Part shown: one piece after another, positions 30,769 to 40,161 of the stretch | How positions within the stretch are numbered: position 1 is the stretch's first letter | Layout of the letters: each line of letters starts with the position of its first letter | Assembly (NCBI GenBank): GCA_963675595.2 | Contig: CAXXLZ010000002.1 | Span: 4,288,001 to 4,352,000 of the forward strand | Source: Thermodesulfobacteriota bacterium | Lineage (GTDB): Bacteria > Desulfobacterota > Desulfarculia > JACQYL01 | Direction of reading: 5' to 3' | Length of the DNA: 64,000 nt | Notes under the pieces: model-generated | What the model was told of the DNA's origin: nothing | The model's database searches: none | What the model saw: the letters and a program-made list of their open reading frames with translations, nothing else | Made by a program: the position numbers and the translations under genes

Positions 30769-32691
30769 TTACGGCCGGTTGTCGCCTTTTTTCACGAGTT
30801 CGACGACCACCTCATTCTCGTAACGGCCCGGACGCACGGTGCGTGTTTCGGAATAGGGTTCGTATCCCTCGGCGTTCAGGGTCAGCTCGTATTCACCTTC
30901 CGGCAATCCGTAGAAGCAGAAGTATCCTTTTACCGCGAAATCCGTTCCCGACAGGTAATGCTCGATATATCCGCTGTCTTCCTCTTCGGGAACGAGGGTA
31001 CGGGTGATTCCGTTCCCCTTGAGCGTGATGGATTGGATGCGGACGTCCATGTCCGGAGGCTGGTAGGCACCGGCCGACAGGGCGTCCGTGCCGATATTCG
31101 CAACGTATCCGATGAGGTTTCCTCTGGGTTTCATGGAAAATTCCACGGTGGGCGTTTCGCCGGGCCGGATGGTGACGGGCACGGCGGCGGGTTCCGGAAC
31201 GAAGGAGTAGGCCACCAGGCTGACTTCGTATTTTCCCGGGAGAAAGGGACCGTATCGTCGTCCCGAATCTTCCGGGTCCAGGTAAACGATCACCTCGGAT
31301 TGTCCTCGGTCCATTGGCCGGAGAACCAGGACCGGTCTGGGCTTGGGCGGTCCTTCGGGAAGATCAAAGGAGAAATCGACGCGCACTCCGTTGCCGGGTT
31401 CTTTGGCGGCATCCTTGCTTCGTTCATAGGCTGCGTCGAGGACGGCGTTGTATTGAGACAGCACGAGTTCGCTCGAGAGAATACTCATGTGGTCTTCATT
31501 GAATCCGTAGACCATGCCGGCCTCCCTCTGGGCGCGTGGATCGAGCTGACTCGCCAGGGTAACGGTCTTGTCGTTGTTCGGCCGCAAGGGATTGCGGTTG
31601 CCCTTGTGCCCGAAGAAAAGCGTGTGTTCCACCGTAGGCGGCAGTTTCTTCTGAAAAATCCCTTTAATAAACGCGCTGTTCCGCTGCATATCGATCCACG
31701 CGGGAACCACGGCCGGGGAGTACTTGACGCCCATTTCCGCAAGCTCTTCTCCTCCCCAGGGCGTTGAGATGGAGATGAAACGGGCGATCCTGGGGCAAGC
31801 CATGGGGAAGGTGACCAGCAAGGACCGAACCACAAGGCCGCCCATGCTGTGTGCCGTAATGTACAGCTCCTGGAACCCATATCTGCTCTGAAGATTGGAC
31901 AACTTCCAGAGCAGCAGATAGGACATGGAATCAATGGAGGCGCCCGAAGGATAATAGAAGAACCACGGCTGGAATTTGTCCCTGTCGATGTTTTCGCAGA
32001 AAATCCGCCAATTCCGGGGAGACCCCCCTGCGCCGTGCACGAAAAGAATCGGTATCTTGTTCGGGTCATAGGGCTCCAGAAAATAGACGTTGCCGCCGAC
32101 TTCCTTGAAGAACTCAAAAGGCGTCCAGAACCCTTTGGACGCGTATTCGTCGGAAAACAGGGGATCGTCCAAATCGGCAAGAGCGCCGGGCGAGGTGCAG
32201 TGGAAGGCCCCGAATTTTTTGGGCGGTATGGCGCAGCCCACGGGAAAATCCGTGCTGCCCGTATGGAGAGTGGAAATCACAAAATCCAGTTCCCTCAAGA
32301 CGCCTCCGCCGGGCGTGGACACCTCTTGGGCCGCGGCGTATTGACCGACGGCTTCCCCTTCATCATAGATCAGATTCCGATTCTCATCACAGAATGCCGC
32401 GATCCGATAATTCCCTTTGGGAACGATCAGCTCGTACGGTCCCGGTTCGTGAAGCGTCGCGTAGTGCGCCACGGTTACGGTGTTTCGCCTTTTGGTGTAT
32501 GCGGCCACCACGATGGGGGCGCCCCCACGGCAAGGTTCGCCCGAAACGATGCCCACCAACACGGTGGAGTTCCGCCCGATTTCCGTTTCCTGCCGGAGTT
32601 TCAGGAGGACGCAGCCGCTCAAGAGGGTCGACAACGCGAGCAGGGCGGCTAACGTGCGGAACGTTTGGAGGGTGGGGAGTCGCATGATCAT
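30769..32691 (-). CDS. Alpha/beta-hydrolase lipoprotein with C-terminal beta-sandwich repeats
   Basis: LSGC lipobox; FVHG, AHSMGG, ND.TV, EDH. Confidence 0.85.
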   Translation of the reverse strand: MIMRLPTLQTFRTLAALLALSTLLSGCVLLKLRQETEIGRNSTVLVGIVSGEPCRGGAPIVVAAYTKRRNTVTVAHYATLHEPGPYELIVPKGNYRIAAFCDENRNLIYDEGEAVGQYAAAQEVSTPGGGVLRELDFVISTLHTGSTDFPVGCAIPPKKFGAFHCTSPGALADLDDPLFSDEYASKGFWTPFEFFKEVGGNVYFLEPYDPNKIPILFVHGAGGSPRNWRIFCENIDRDKFQPWFFYYPSGASIDSMSYLLLWKLSNLQSRYGFQELYITAHSMGGLVVRSLLVTFPMACPRIARFISISTPWGGEELAEMGVKYSPAVVPAWIDMQRNSAFIKGIFQKKLPPTVEHTLFFGHKGNRNPLRPNNDKTVTLASQLDPRAQREAGMVYGFNEDHMSILSSELVLSQYNAVLDAAYERSKDAAKEPGNGVRVDFSFDLPEGPPKPRPVLVLRPMDRGQSEVIVYLDPEDSGRRYGPFLPGKYEVSLVAYSFVPEPAAVPVTIRPGETPTVEFSMKPRGNLIGYVANIGTDALSAGAYQPPDMDVRIQSITLKGNGITRTLVPEEEDSGYIEHYLSGTDFAVKGYFCFYGLPEGEYELTLNAEGYEPYSETRTVRPGRYENEVVVELVKKGDNRP

Positions 32692-32831
32692 GCTCCGCCT
32701 CAAAGAAAGAGGGTGACGGGATCACAGGGGGAGATTTTGGGTCGGCATTCACCGGGGAGGACTTGCCCGAAAGTCCTCCCCGGTGAATGCCGACCTATAA
32801 AACATGGGTTCCCCGGCGGCCCTGTGATTGA

Positions 32832-34289
32832 TTACCCATCATCTTCGATGCCCGCCATGATTTTTGCATCCTGCTTGAACCGTTCGAGCCGCTGCAGCAG
32901 GGTTCGCTGAATAATCATTCGCTGGGCCTGGGGCGAGCCGCCCCCGTGGGTCGATTCGATGGGAACGACGGAACCCTGCCCGGTGAGGTACTCGATGAGG
33001 CGCAACATCCTGATGCGGCTTTCGGTGGGCACATCGGCCCTGCCTTTCAGATACTTGTCGAGAAGTGGGCCGATCTTTTCATTCCGAAATTCATCCGCCG
33101 CGGGCGGGGTGCAGACGAGCCCTCCGGCGATGTCGGCGGTGACATAGTTCCCTTCCCAGATGGCGTGGACGCCCTGGAGTTTGGCTATATTGGCATACAG
33201 GGGGTCCGGCATGAACACACCGGATGCGGTCCGTTTCCCCGTGTACACGGCGGCGAGAGCGCAGCCGAAGGCCTTTTCACTCTCAAAAAATAAATCCGTC
33301 AATTTTTCCCGGATATTCCGGGCCGCGCCCAAACCGTTGTAGTCTGCAATCGTGGCGGAGGCTCCCATAAGAAGGTCGCGGTGACCGGTCTTGCATCCCG
33401 TGGAATTCAGGCGCTGGAGAGTGGCGAAGGAATCGACCATGGGTCCCACAAACCGGTATTCTCCGAGCAGGAAGACGCGCTCCCAGGGAATAAAGACGTT
33501 TTCGAAAATCACGTGAGTCGATCCGTGTACGCCGTAGCGGGGGTTGCCGTAGTCCATATCCCGACCGACAAGGCGCCTCATGTTGGGCGCGGGCGCTTCA
33601 GCCACGTGGATGACTCCCGGTGCGTCGCTTTGCACGGCAAAGCACACCGCGTACTGTTCGTCCTCGGCTTTGAGCGTCGTGCAGGGGAACACGACGATTT
33701 CATGAGAGATGGCGGCGCCGGAAATACTGGCCTTCGCCCCCCGGACGACGATGCCGTCGGTTCGCTTCTCCACCACCCGCAGATAGAGGTCGGGGTCGGC
33801 CTGGCGGTGGGGAGGGAGGCTCCGGTCTCCCCGGACGTCCATCATGGCTCCCGACACGGCGAGATCGTTCTCCTAGACATATCTGATGAAGTTGCAGGCA
33901 CGTGCGTGGTAGTCGGTTCCCAGTTCCTGATCCATATCGTAGGTGCCGGCGTACAGCGCATTCAGTCCGCTCGTACCGACGCACCGGCCGCCGATGCAGG
34001 CGCCGTGTTTGCGGACCATGAAGCGTGAGAGGCGGCAACGGTCCCGCAGGTCGTCTTGCGTCTGATGGATGTGGAGAAAACGGTTGACCCGGTCGCCGGT
34101 GAGGGGCGAGGGCGCGGTGAATAGATCCTCGTTGCCCGGCTTGCCGGCGAGGTCATAGACCAGACCGATGGCGTCCATGGCCGGTCTGAAGCAAGGGTGT
34201 TCATACAAGTCGGTCACCCGGCCGCCGAAGGCGTAGAGCTCGGTGTTGAGGCGGCTTATGCTGTCGATATAGTCTTGCCTTGTCTTCAT
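32832..34289 (-). pseudogene. 4-hydroxybutyryl-CoA dehydratase/HpaB-family gene with in-frame TAG at 33873-33875
   Basis: Two in-frame ORFs: RYV*ENDLAVSGAMMDVRGDR; VRGAK; ESTHGGGSPQAQR. Confidence 0.85.
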
Positions 34290-35097
34290 CGTCTGTTGTC
34301 TCTCTTTGTCTGTTTTTCGTCCTGGGTCCGGGCGGCGACTTTTGCGGCGACTGTTCCGTAGTCTCGTAGCATCCTTGACTCATCCCTGCACGTTGAAAAA
34401 GGCTCGATTGCCGAGGGTCGGTGAAAAACGATAGGACGCAAGCGCCGGAATCACCGCTAAAACAGCATGAATAGAGAACGTCGCAGTGACGGGCAATGAA
34501 GCGCTACGCAGCAGATCGCGTTCTTCAAAGGAAGCGCATCGACGAATTGCCGGTTACCGCCTTGTTTTGGACTTGGAAAAAGGGTGTAAATAGGTATCAT
34601 ATTTTATCTTCTTGAAAAAATTAATGTAAGGCAAACGCCGTTACTCATGCGATCCATTGGTGAATTAGGCACGGTGTTGAACGGCTTCCCTTTTCTTCAC
34701 GAGGTCATATGACGTCGGTATTTTTCCGTAATGTCCGATCATCGGCTTCCGATATGATGATCACGACCGTTTTCCGGAGCCATGCCACGGTCAATGGAAT
34801 GCCTCGCCTTTTGCCCTGCTTCCGCTTCTTCTCTCGCTTCTATCCGTCGGCTGCGGCGGAGACGGATCATCCGGTTCCATGCCGCGGGCCCGTTGGGCGA
34901 GGCCGTTCGGTCGCACCTGTTCTGGTGAACGAGGATCCCGGACGCCGATGATTCAGAACCTGCAATGTTGGGAATCGGCGGTTTTTCAATCCGGACAACG
35001 GTGACGCCTTTACGGGCGCTTTCTTTCATACCGGCGATTTGAACACGGAATCGAAGTCCGTCTGTGGATACTATTTTTTAAGTGAAAGGGGGAGACG

Positions 35098-36918
35098 ATG
35101 AAAAGACGGAGAGCGTTTTGGGGGCTTTGCGTGGGGTCGGCTCTTGTCGTAATGATTTTCCTTGCCTGCGGCGGAAGCACCAAATCCAACGTGGACAACC
35201 TGTCCACCCGTGTGAATTTGCTGATCGCGGGGAGTGCCTCTCTTGCTCCCGTGGGCTCCGAGGGAGTCGAATATACCCTCACCTTGGAGAACGTATCGAA
35301 ACAGGTGCTTTGGTATGCGGACCGGCCGAGTAGGGGGTCGGGGACGGAAGATACGCAGACCTACGTTTCATCATGGTCCGATGGGTACGGCGAAATCGCT
35401 CCCAATGCCGTCTTGGACGGATACATCGCGGGCTCGACCTCCAACGACGGTCTGTTCCTGATGATGGGAAATCCTTCTTACGATTCCGGCGCGAACCGAC
35501 TCACCTTTCCTGTGACCTTGCTCGACGCCACGGTTGCGAACCTGGAGTCGAGCGGCGGATTGCTCATGGATCAGGTAAAGGTCACCGTACTGGACAACAG
35601 TGCAAAGGACGATACGGACGATTGGTCGTTTGCGCAGGTTTCCCCGAAGGCCTTTTTTGAAACGACAGAGACGGAGGGGCTGTATAAGCTGCATTTGGAG
35701 CGTGTTTACCCGGAATCGTACTATATCGGCAACGCCCCGAACCGTCGATCCTATATGTACACCTTGAAGACGTTCATTCGGAATTGGCTCGACCTTTTTC
35801 AAAACGACCCCCCCAATGCGTCCATGACCTCATACACGGAAGACGGCGTTCTGAAAGTGCACATGCTGACGATCGACGACCCGGAATACGACCAGGTTAC
35901 CGGCTCCGTCGTCTACAGCGCAAAGTTGCTGCACGGCGCCATCGAAGCTCGGCAGCCGCTGCTTTCTCCGACCCTCTTTGTCGACAAGGTCAAGGCCGCG
36001 GATGTCGGTACTCACACCATACAGGTCCAGAACAATTGTACCGAGACGATTTGGCTGGGGGCCTGCGGTAACTGCACGACCCAGGACAGCCCGTGCCCGC
36101 AGTTCTTCGACCCGCCCAAGGGCGCCAATGTGGAAATGGACGCGGGGACGCACATTGTTTTCCATGTGGCGCAGGGGTGGGGCGGCCGGTTCTGGCCCCG
36201 CACCGGGTGCAGCTTCAATGACGATGGTCTGTGTGATTCGGGGGATTGTTGTGACGCGGGCGGATGCGTCAACGAGGATCATGAATTCGCAAAGGCATGC
36301 TACTATTCGGGCAATCCGCCCGTTCTGGTGATCGAGCCCACATTCGACGCCCCGACCCCGAACGGGCCCCTCGATTACTTCGATACGAGCATGGTGGACG
36401 GATACAATGTGCTCATGTCCATCGCGGCGATCAAAAAAACCTATAACACGACGCCGGACCCGGGCATGAATTCCGAATATTGGTGTACCCTCGCGGGGTG
36501 CAGTTCGAGTCCCGTGTGCCCGGATTTCTTGACGGACGACAAGGGAAATTGCTGGAGCCCTTGTCAGTACGCCGTGCGTAACGATCTGCCGAAGGACGTC
36601 CAGGAGAAGCTGTGTTGCAGCTGCGACATGGTGAATCCGTGCACGTGCCCCGATCCCTGCTGCGACGGTCATTACGGATGCTCTCCCTATGTGCGGGACG
36701 CCGACGGAAATCAGACCTATCCGCCGAACATGTGCTGCGACCCATGGGGGAAGCTGAATAACAATCGTCCTTGGGACCAGGAATACATCGACTACATCGA
36801 CGCGGTGAAAGCGGCGTGTCCGAAGGTCTACGCATGGCAGTTCGACGACTTCAAGAGCACCATCAACTGCAGAAAGACCGACGGGTTGGTGGACTACAAG
36901 CTGACATTATGCCCATAG
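35098..36918 (+). CDS. Lipoprotein with two N-terminal repeats and a C-terminal thaumatin (PR-5-like) domain
   Basis: NNCTETIW, WGGRFWPRTGC, DYFDTSMVDGYN, KAACPKVYAWQFDD. Confidence 0.85.
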   Translation: MKRRRAFWGLCVGSALVVMIFLACGGSTKSNVDNLSTRVNLLIAGSASLAPVGSEGVEYTLTLENVSKQVLWYADRPSRGSGTEDTQTYVSSWSDGYGEIAPNAVLDGYIAGSTSNDGLFLMMGNPSYDSGANRLTFPVTLLDATVANLESSGGLLMDQVKVTVLDNSAKDDTDDWSFAQVSPKAFFETTETEGLYKLHLERVYPESYYIGNAPNRRSYMYTLKTFIRNWLDLFQNDPPNASMTSYTEDGVLKVHMLTIDDPEYDQVTGSVVYSAKLLHGAIEARQPLLSPTLFVDKVKAADVGTHTIQVQNNCTETIWLGACGNCTTQDSPCPQFFDPPKGANVEMDAGTHIVFHVAQGWGGRFWPRTGCSFNDDGLCDSGDCCDAGGCVNEDHEFAKACYYSGNPPVLVIEPTFDAPTPNGPLDYFDTSMVDGYNVLMSIAAIKKTYNTTPDPGMNSEYWCTLAGCSSSPVCPDFLTDDKGNCWSPCQYAVRNDLPKDVQEKLCCSCDMVNPCTCPDPCCDGHYGCSPYVRDADGNQTYPPNMCCDPWGKLNNNRPWDQEYIDYIDAVKAACPKVYAWQFDDFKSTINCRKTDGLVDYKLTLCP

Positions 36919-36949
36919 GTCGCGTTCCGGCATAAAGCGTTCAGAATAC

Positions 36950-36986
36950 AAACAGCGGGCTGGTAAATTCTGCGGCCCGCTGTTTT
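36950..36986 (+). terminator. Intrinsic terminator
   Basis: aaacagcgggc...gcccgctgtttt. Confidence 0.7.
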
Positions 36987-37116
36987 ATGGTATTCGTCCG
37001 CAAGTCGCGCAACATGTGCGCCGGCTGAAGACGTCCCGTTTCAGACGATCGTTCGGCTCTTCCGGGGTTGGATGCACCCTTCCGCGATCCAGGGGGATGC
37101 TTCTCTTGCCCCTTCC

Positions 37117-37379
37117 TCAGATCACGGCTCCGTCGAAGTAGAAGATTTCGACCTGTTGCCTTTTTCGGTTACATCCCAAAAAAGATGAATCCCGTGCGGG
37201 GCCGGATCGCCTGTTTGAATTGGGCTCCGATGTCGGGATGTTCCGGAATGAACATCAGGCCGATACGAGTTCGGTCGATTCCTTCCCGTTTCCAATTCCG
37301 GGGTCACGGCTTCCCGGATGTTCTCGATGAAATAAGGGAGAGAACCGTCCGACGGAGTGCCGGTTTCGGAAGACGCCGT
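37117..37379 (-). pseudogene. Internally deleted copy of the GNAT-like gene 38715-39236
   Basis: Both ends match; ATG changed to ACG; about half of the gene missing. Confidence 0.8.
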
Positions 37380-38173
37380 CAGGCCGAACCCAAGGGGCCG
37401 GTATCGCCCTCGTCTTCCTTCCTGCTCAGTCTGCGGGCTCCTTCAGCCAAGATCAGGGCGCACAGGATGAAAAGGCCCCACTGGTTGAGGGTCGGGACGG
37501 TGGTCGGATCGGCGCGATGGACGGGTTTGGACCCCACGTGGATGGGGGTGTCGGGTTGGTCCTCGTAAGCCCAGTCGATGATCGTGGTGCTGGTAAGGTC
37601 GGCGGCGCTCTGTATCTGTATCCAACCGTAATGAGTGTTTGCACCGATGAGAAAGCGGACGCCGATATAGCCCGGGGTGCCCACGAAATTTCCAAAGGTG
37701 AAAGTGAGCCCCGGCGTAAAGGCGACCCGCGCGTTCAGCGTGGCGTAATAGGTGAATCCGGGCGGAGGGGTTGCCGTGATGTCTTGCAGCCGGTTACTGA
37801 AAGGAATCGATTCCACCAGGTATTTTACGGTGAAAAGACCCGATGTTGTTCCAACCAGCAATTCATTGGAGTAATTCAACCCATAGACGCCGTTAAAAGC
37901 ATAGGGCAAAGTGGGGCCGGTGTATGCTGAGTTGTAGAAATAGAAATCCGGATTGGGATGCGAGTTTCCCGAGAAAGTGTCCATATCCAGGGCGAAACCG
38001 CTGTTCGTATCCACGAGGATGTTTTGGACTCCGCTGTAATGAACCGCGGCCGAAGCTTCCTGTGGTGAAGCCAGGGATAGTGCGGCTCCCGCGACCACGG
38101 AGTATTGAAGGAGTCTCTTGTTGAGGGATGTCTTGTCAGTCGTCTTTGTTCCGTCGCTCTTCTTCTTAGCCAT
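37379..38173 (-). CDS. IPTL-CTERM exosortase-target protein, paralog 2
   Basis: Leader SLNKRLLQYSVVAGAA; HYGWIQI...DWAYE; VPTLNQWGLFIL + RR. Confidence 0.9.
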   Translation of the reverse strand: MAKKKSDGTKTTDKTSLNKRLLQYSVVAGAALSLASPQEASAAVHYSGVQNILVDTNSGFALDMDTFSGNSHPNPDFYFYNSAYTGPTLPYAFNGVYGLNYSNELLVGTTSGLFTVKYLVESIPFSNRLQDITATPPPGFTYYATLNARVAFTPGLTFTFGNFVGTPGYIGVRFLIGANTHYGWIQIQSAADLTSTTIIDWAYEDQPDTPIHVGSKPVHRADPTTVPTLNQWGLFILCALILAEGARRLSRKEDEGDTGPLGSA

Positions 38174-38714
38174 GCGCTACCCACCCTTCCAGACCCTTCG
38201 ATTACTATCCCATCCATTTACGCTTATGGAAGAGTATTTTGATAGATTGTTTCAAAGAGGTCAAGTGTGGTCTTGATTTGCCTTGGAAAAGTGCTCCCCG
38301 GACTGCGCCAATGGGAATTATGATAGGCTGATGGAGCGGGTGCACAAAGCGCGAGAAAAGCAGCCGGCGGGCCGTGGAATTTTGCGGCCCGCCGCTTGCG
38401 CATGTACCGACTCACAAAGGCCGAAAAGGTCTCTTTTCAGACGACGGCCATTGTTTCCCGAGGGTTGCGCGCACCACCGGGGGACGCGGCGGAGCCCTTC
38501 TTTCGTTTTTATTCACAGGGTCACCGGGGGAACCCGTTCCCCCGGACCCCCAATGCGGGCTCCGTCCCGCTAGGCGTGACGAAGCCGACATAGAGGTCTA
38601 TTGCGCGAATTCATGAGATGTGAGAAACGTTGGATATGGGCATGGGATCTCTCCCTCAGCCTCTCCGCCGAAGGCGGTGAGGCCCGTGAACGACTGCCTT
38701 CTTTCGCCTCTTCC

Positions 38715-39236
38715 TCAGATTACGGCTCCGTCGAAGTAGAAGATTCTGACCTGTTGCCTTTTTCGGTTGTATCCCAAAAAAATGAATCCGGTGCGGGGCC
38801 AGATCGCCTGCTTGAATTGCTTTCCGAGTTCGGGATTTTCCAGAATGAACATGAGTCCGATACACGTTCGATCGATCCCTTCCCGATACCGGTCATTGAG
38901 GAAGTCACGCGCGGTCTGCAGCATGGAAATGGCGACCCCGATCTTGCGAAAGGGAGGGGCGACCAGGGTGCGGTAAACGTAGACGTGATTGTTCAGCCTT
39001 TGGACAAAGGTATTGAAAACGGTGGCCACGCCGATGACTTTTCTTCGGATGTCTCGGGCCAGGAGAATCGCCTGTTGCGCCCGCTTGCGGAGATCGGTTT
39101 CAGTGCGCACAAGACCGCATTCCTCCCAAAAGGCCAGGACCTCCGCTTCCAGCTCCGGGGTCAATGCCTCCCAGACGTTCTCAATAAAATAAGGGAGAGA
39201 ACCGTCCAACGGAGTGTTGGTTTCGGGAGACGCCAT
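38715..39236 (-). CDS. GNAT-like protein
   Basis: YRTLVAPPFRKIGVA...GFIFLGY; TGATG coupling to the upstream gene. Confidence 0.65.
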   Translation of the reverse strand: MASPETNTPLDGSLPYFIENVWEALTPELEAEVLAFWEECGLVRTETDLRKRAQQAILLARDIRRKVIGVATVFNTFVQRLNNHVYVYRTLVAPPFRKIGVAISMLQTARDFLNDRYREGIDRTCIGLMFILENPELGKQFKQAIWPRTGFIFLGYNRKRQQVRIFYFDGAVI

Positions 39237-40018
39237 CAGACCGAGCCCAAGGGACCGGTATCGTCCTCGTCTTCCTTGCCGCTCAACCTGCGGGCTCCTT
39301 CCGCCAAGATCAGGGCGCACAGGATGAAAAGGCCCCACTGGTTGAGGGTCGGGACGGTGGTCGGATCGGCGCGATGGACGGGTTTGGACCCCACGTGGAT
39401 GGGGGTGTCGGGTTGATCCTCGTAAGCCCAGTCGATGATCGTGGTGCTGGTAAGGTCCGCGGCGCTCTGGATTTGGATCCAACCGTAATGGGTGTTTGCA
39501 CCGATGAGAAAGCGGACGCCGATATAGCCCGGGGCGCCCACAAAATTTCCAAAGGTGTAAGTGCTGGACACCGGTTTAAAGGCGACCCGCGCGTTCAGCG
39601 TGGCGATATAGGTGAATCCGGGCGGAGGGGTTGCCGTGATGTCTTGCAGCTGGTTACTGAAAGGAATGGACTCCACCAGGTATTTTGATGTTCCAACCAG
39701 CAATTCATTGTTGTAATTATTCAACCCATAGACGCCGTTAAAAGCATACGACCCAATGAAGCTGGTAAATGCTGAGTTGTAGAAATAGAAATCCGGATTG
39801 GGATGCGAGTTACCCGAGAAGGTGTCCATATCCAGGGCAAAACCGCCGTTCGTATCCACGAGGATGTTTTGGACCCCGCTGTAGTGGACGGCGGCCGAGG
39901 CTTCCAGTGGTGAAGCCAAGGATAATGCGGCTCCGGCGGCCACGGAGTACTGAAGGAGTCTCTTGTTGAGGGATATCTTGTCCGTCGTCTTTGTTCCGTC
40001 GGTGCTTTTTCTGGTCAT
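39236..40018 (-). CDS. IPTL-CTERM exosortase-target protein, paralog 1
   Basis: Near-identical to 37379-38173. Confidence 0.9.
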   Translation of the reverse strand: MTRKSTDGTKTTDKISLNKRLLQYSVAAGAALSLASPLEASAAVHYSGVQNILVDTNGGFALDMDTFSGNSHPNPDFYFYNSAFTSFIGSYAFNGVYGLNNYNNELLVGTSKYLVESIPFSNQLQDITATPPPGFTYIATLNARVAFKPVSSTYTFGNFVGAPGYIGVRFLIGANTHYGWIQIQSAADLTSTTIIDWAYEDQPDTPIHVGSKPVHRADPTTVPTLNQWGLFILCALILAEGARRLSGKEDEDDTGPLGSV

Positions 40019-40161
40019 GCGCTTCCGCCTTTCCCGGTTCCACTAGCATCATCGACCGAACTACTCCATATGTCGCTCTATTAATAATGGATTGTCCCAT
40101 AGACGTCAAGTACGGCACGGTTTTGAATTGTTATTGAGTTAATCGGCAAAGGGTCCCCCGG

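Noticed and set aside
29352-32652. Long antisense ORFs (e.g. 29352-30374, 30766-31767; also 45704-46735, 50748-51749)
   Set aside because: Shadow frames of GC-rich genes on the opposite strand
37379-40018. Diversity-generating retroelement TR/VR pair
   Set aside because: No reverse transcriptase; differences include indels and are not adenine-specific
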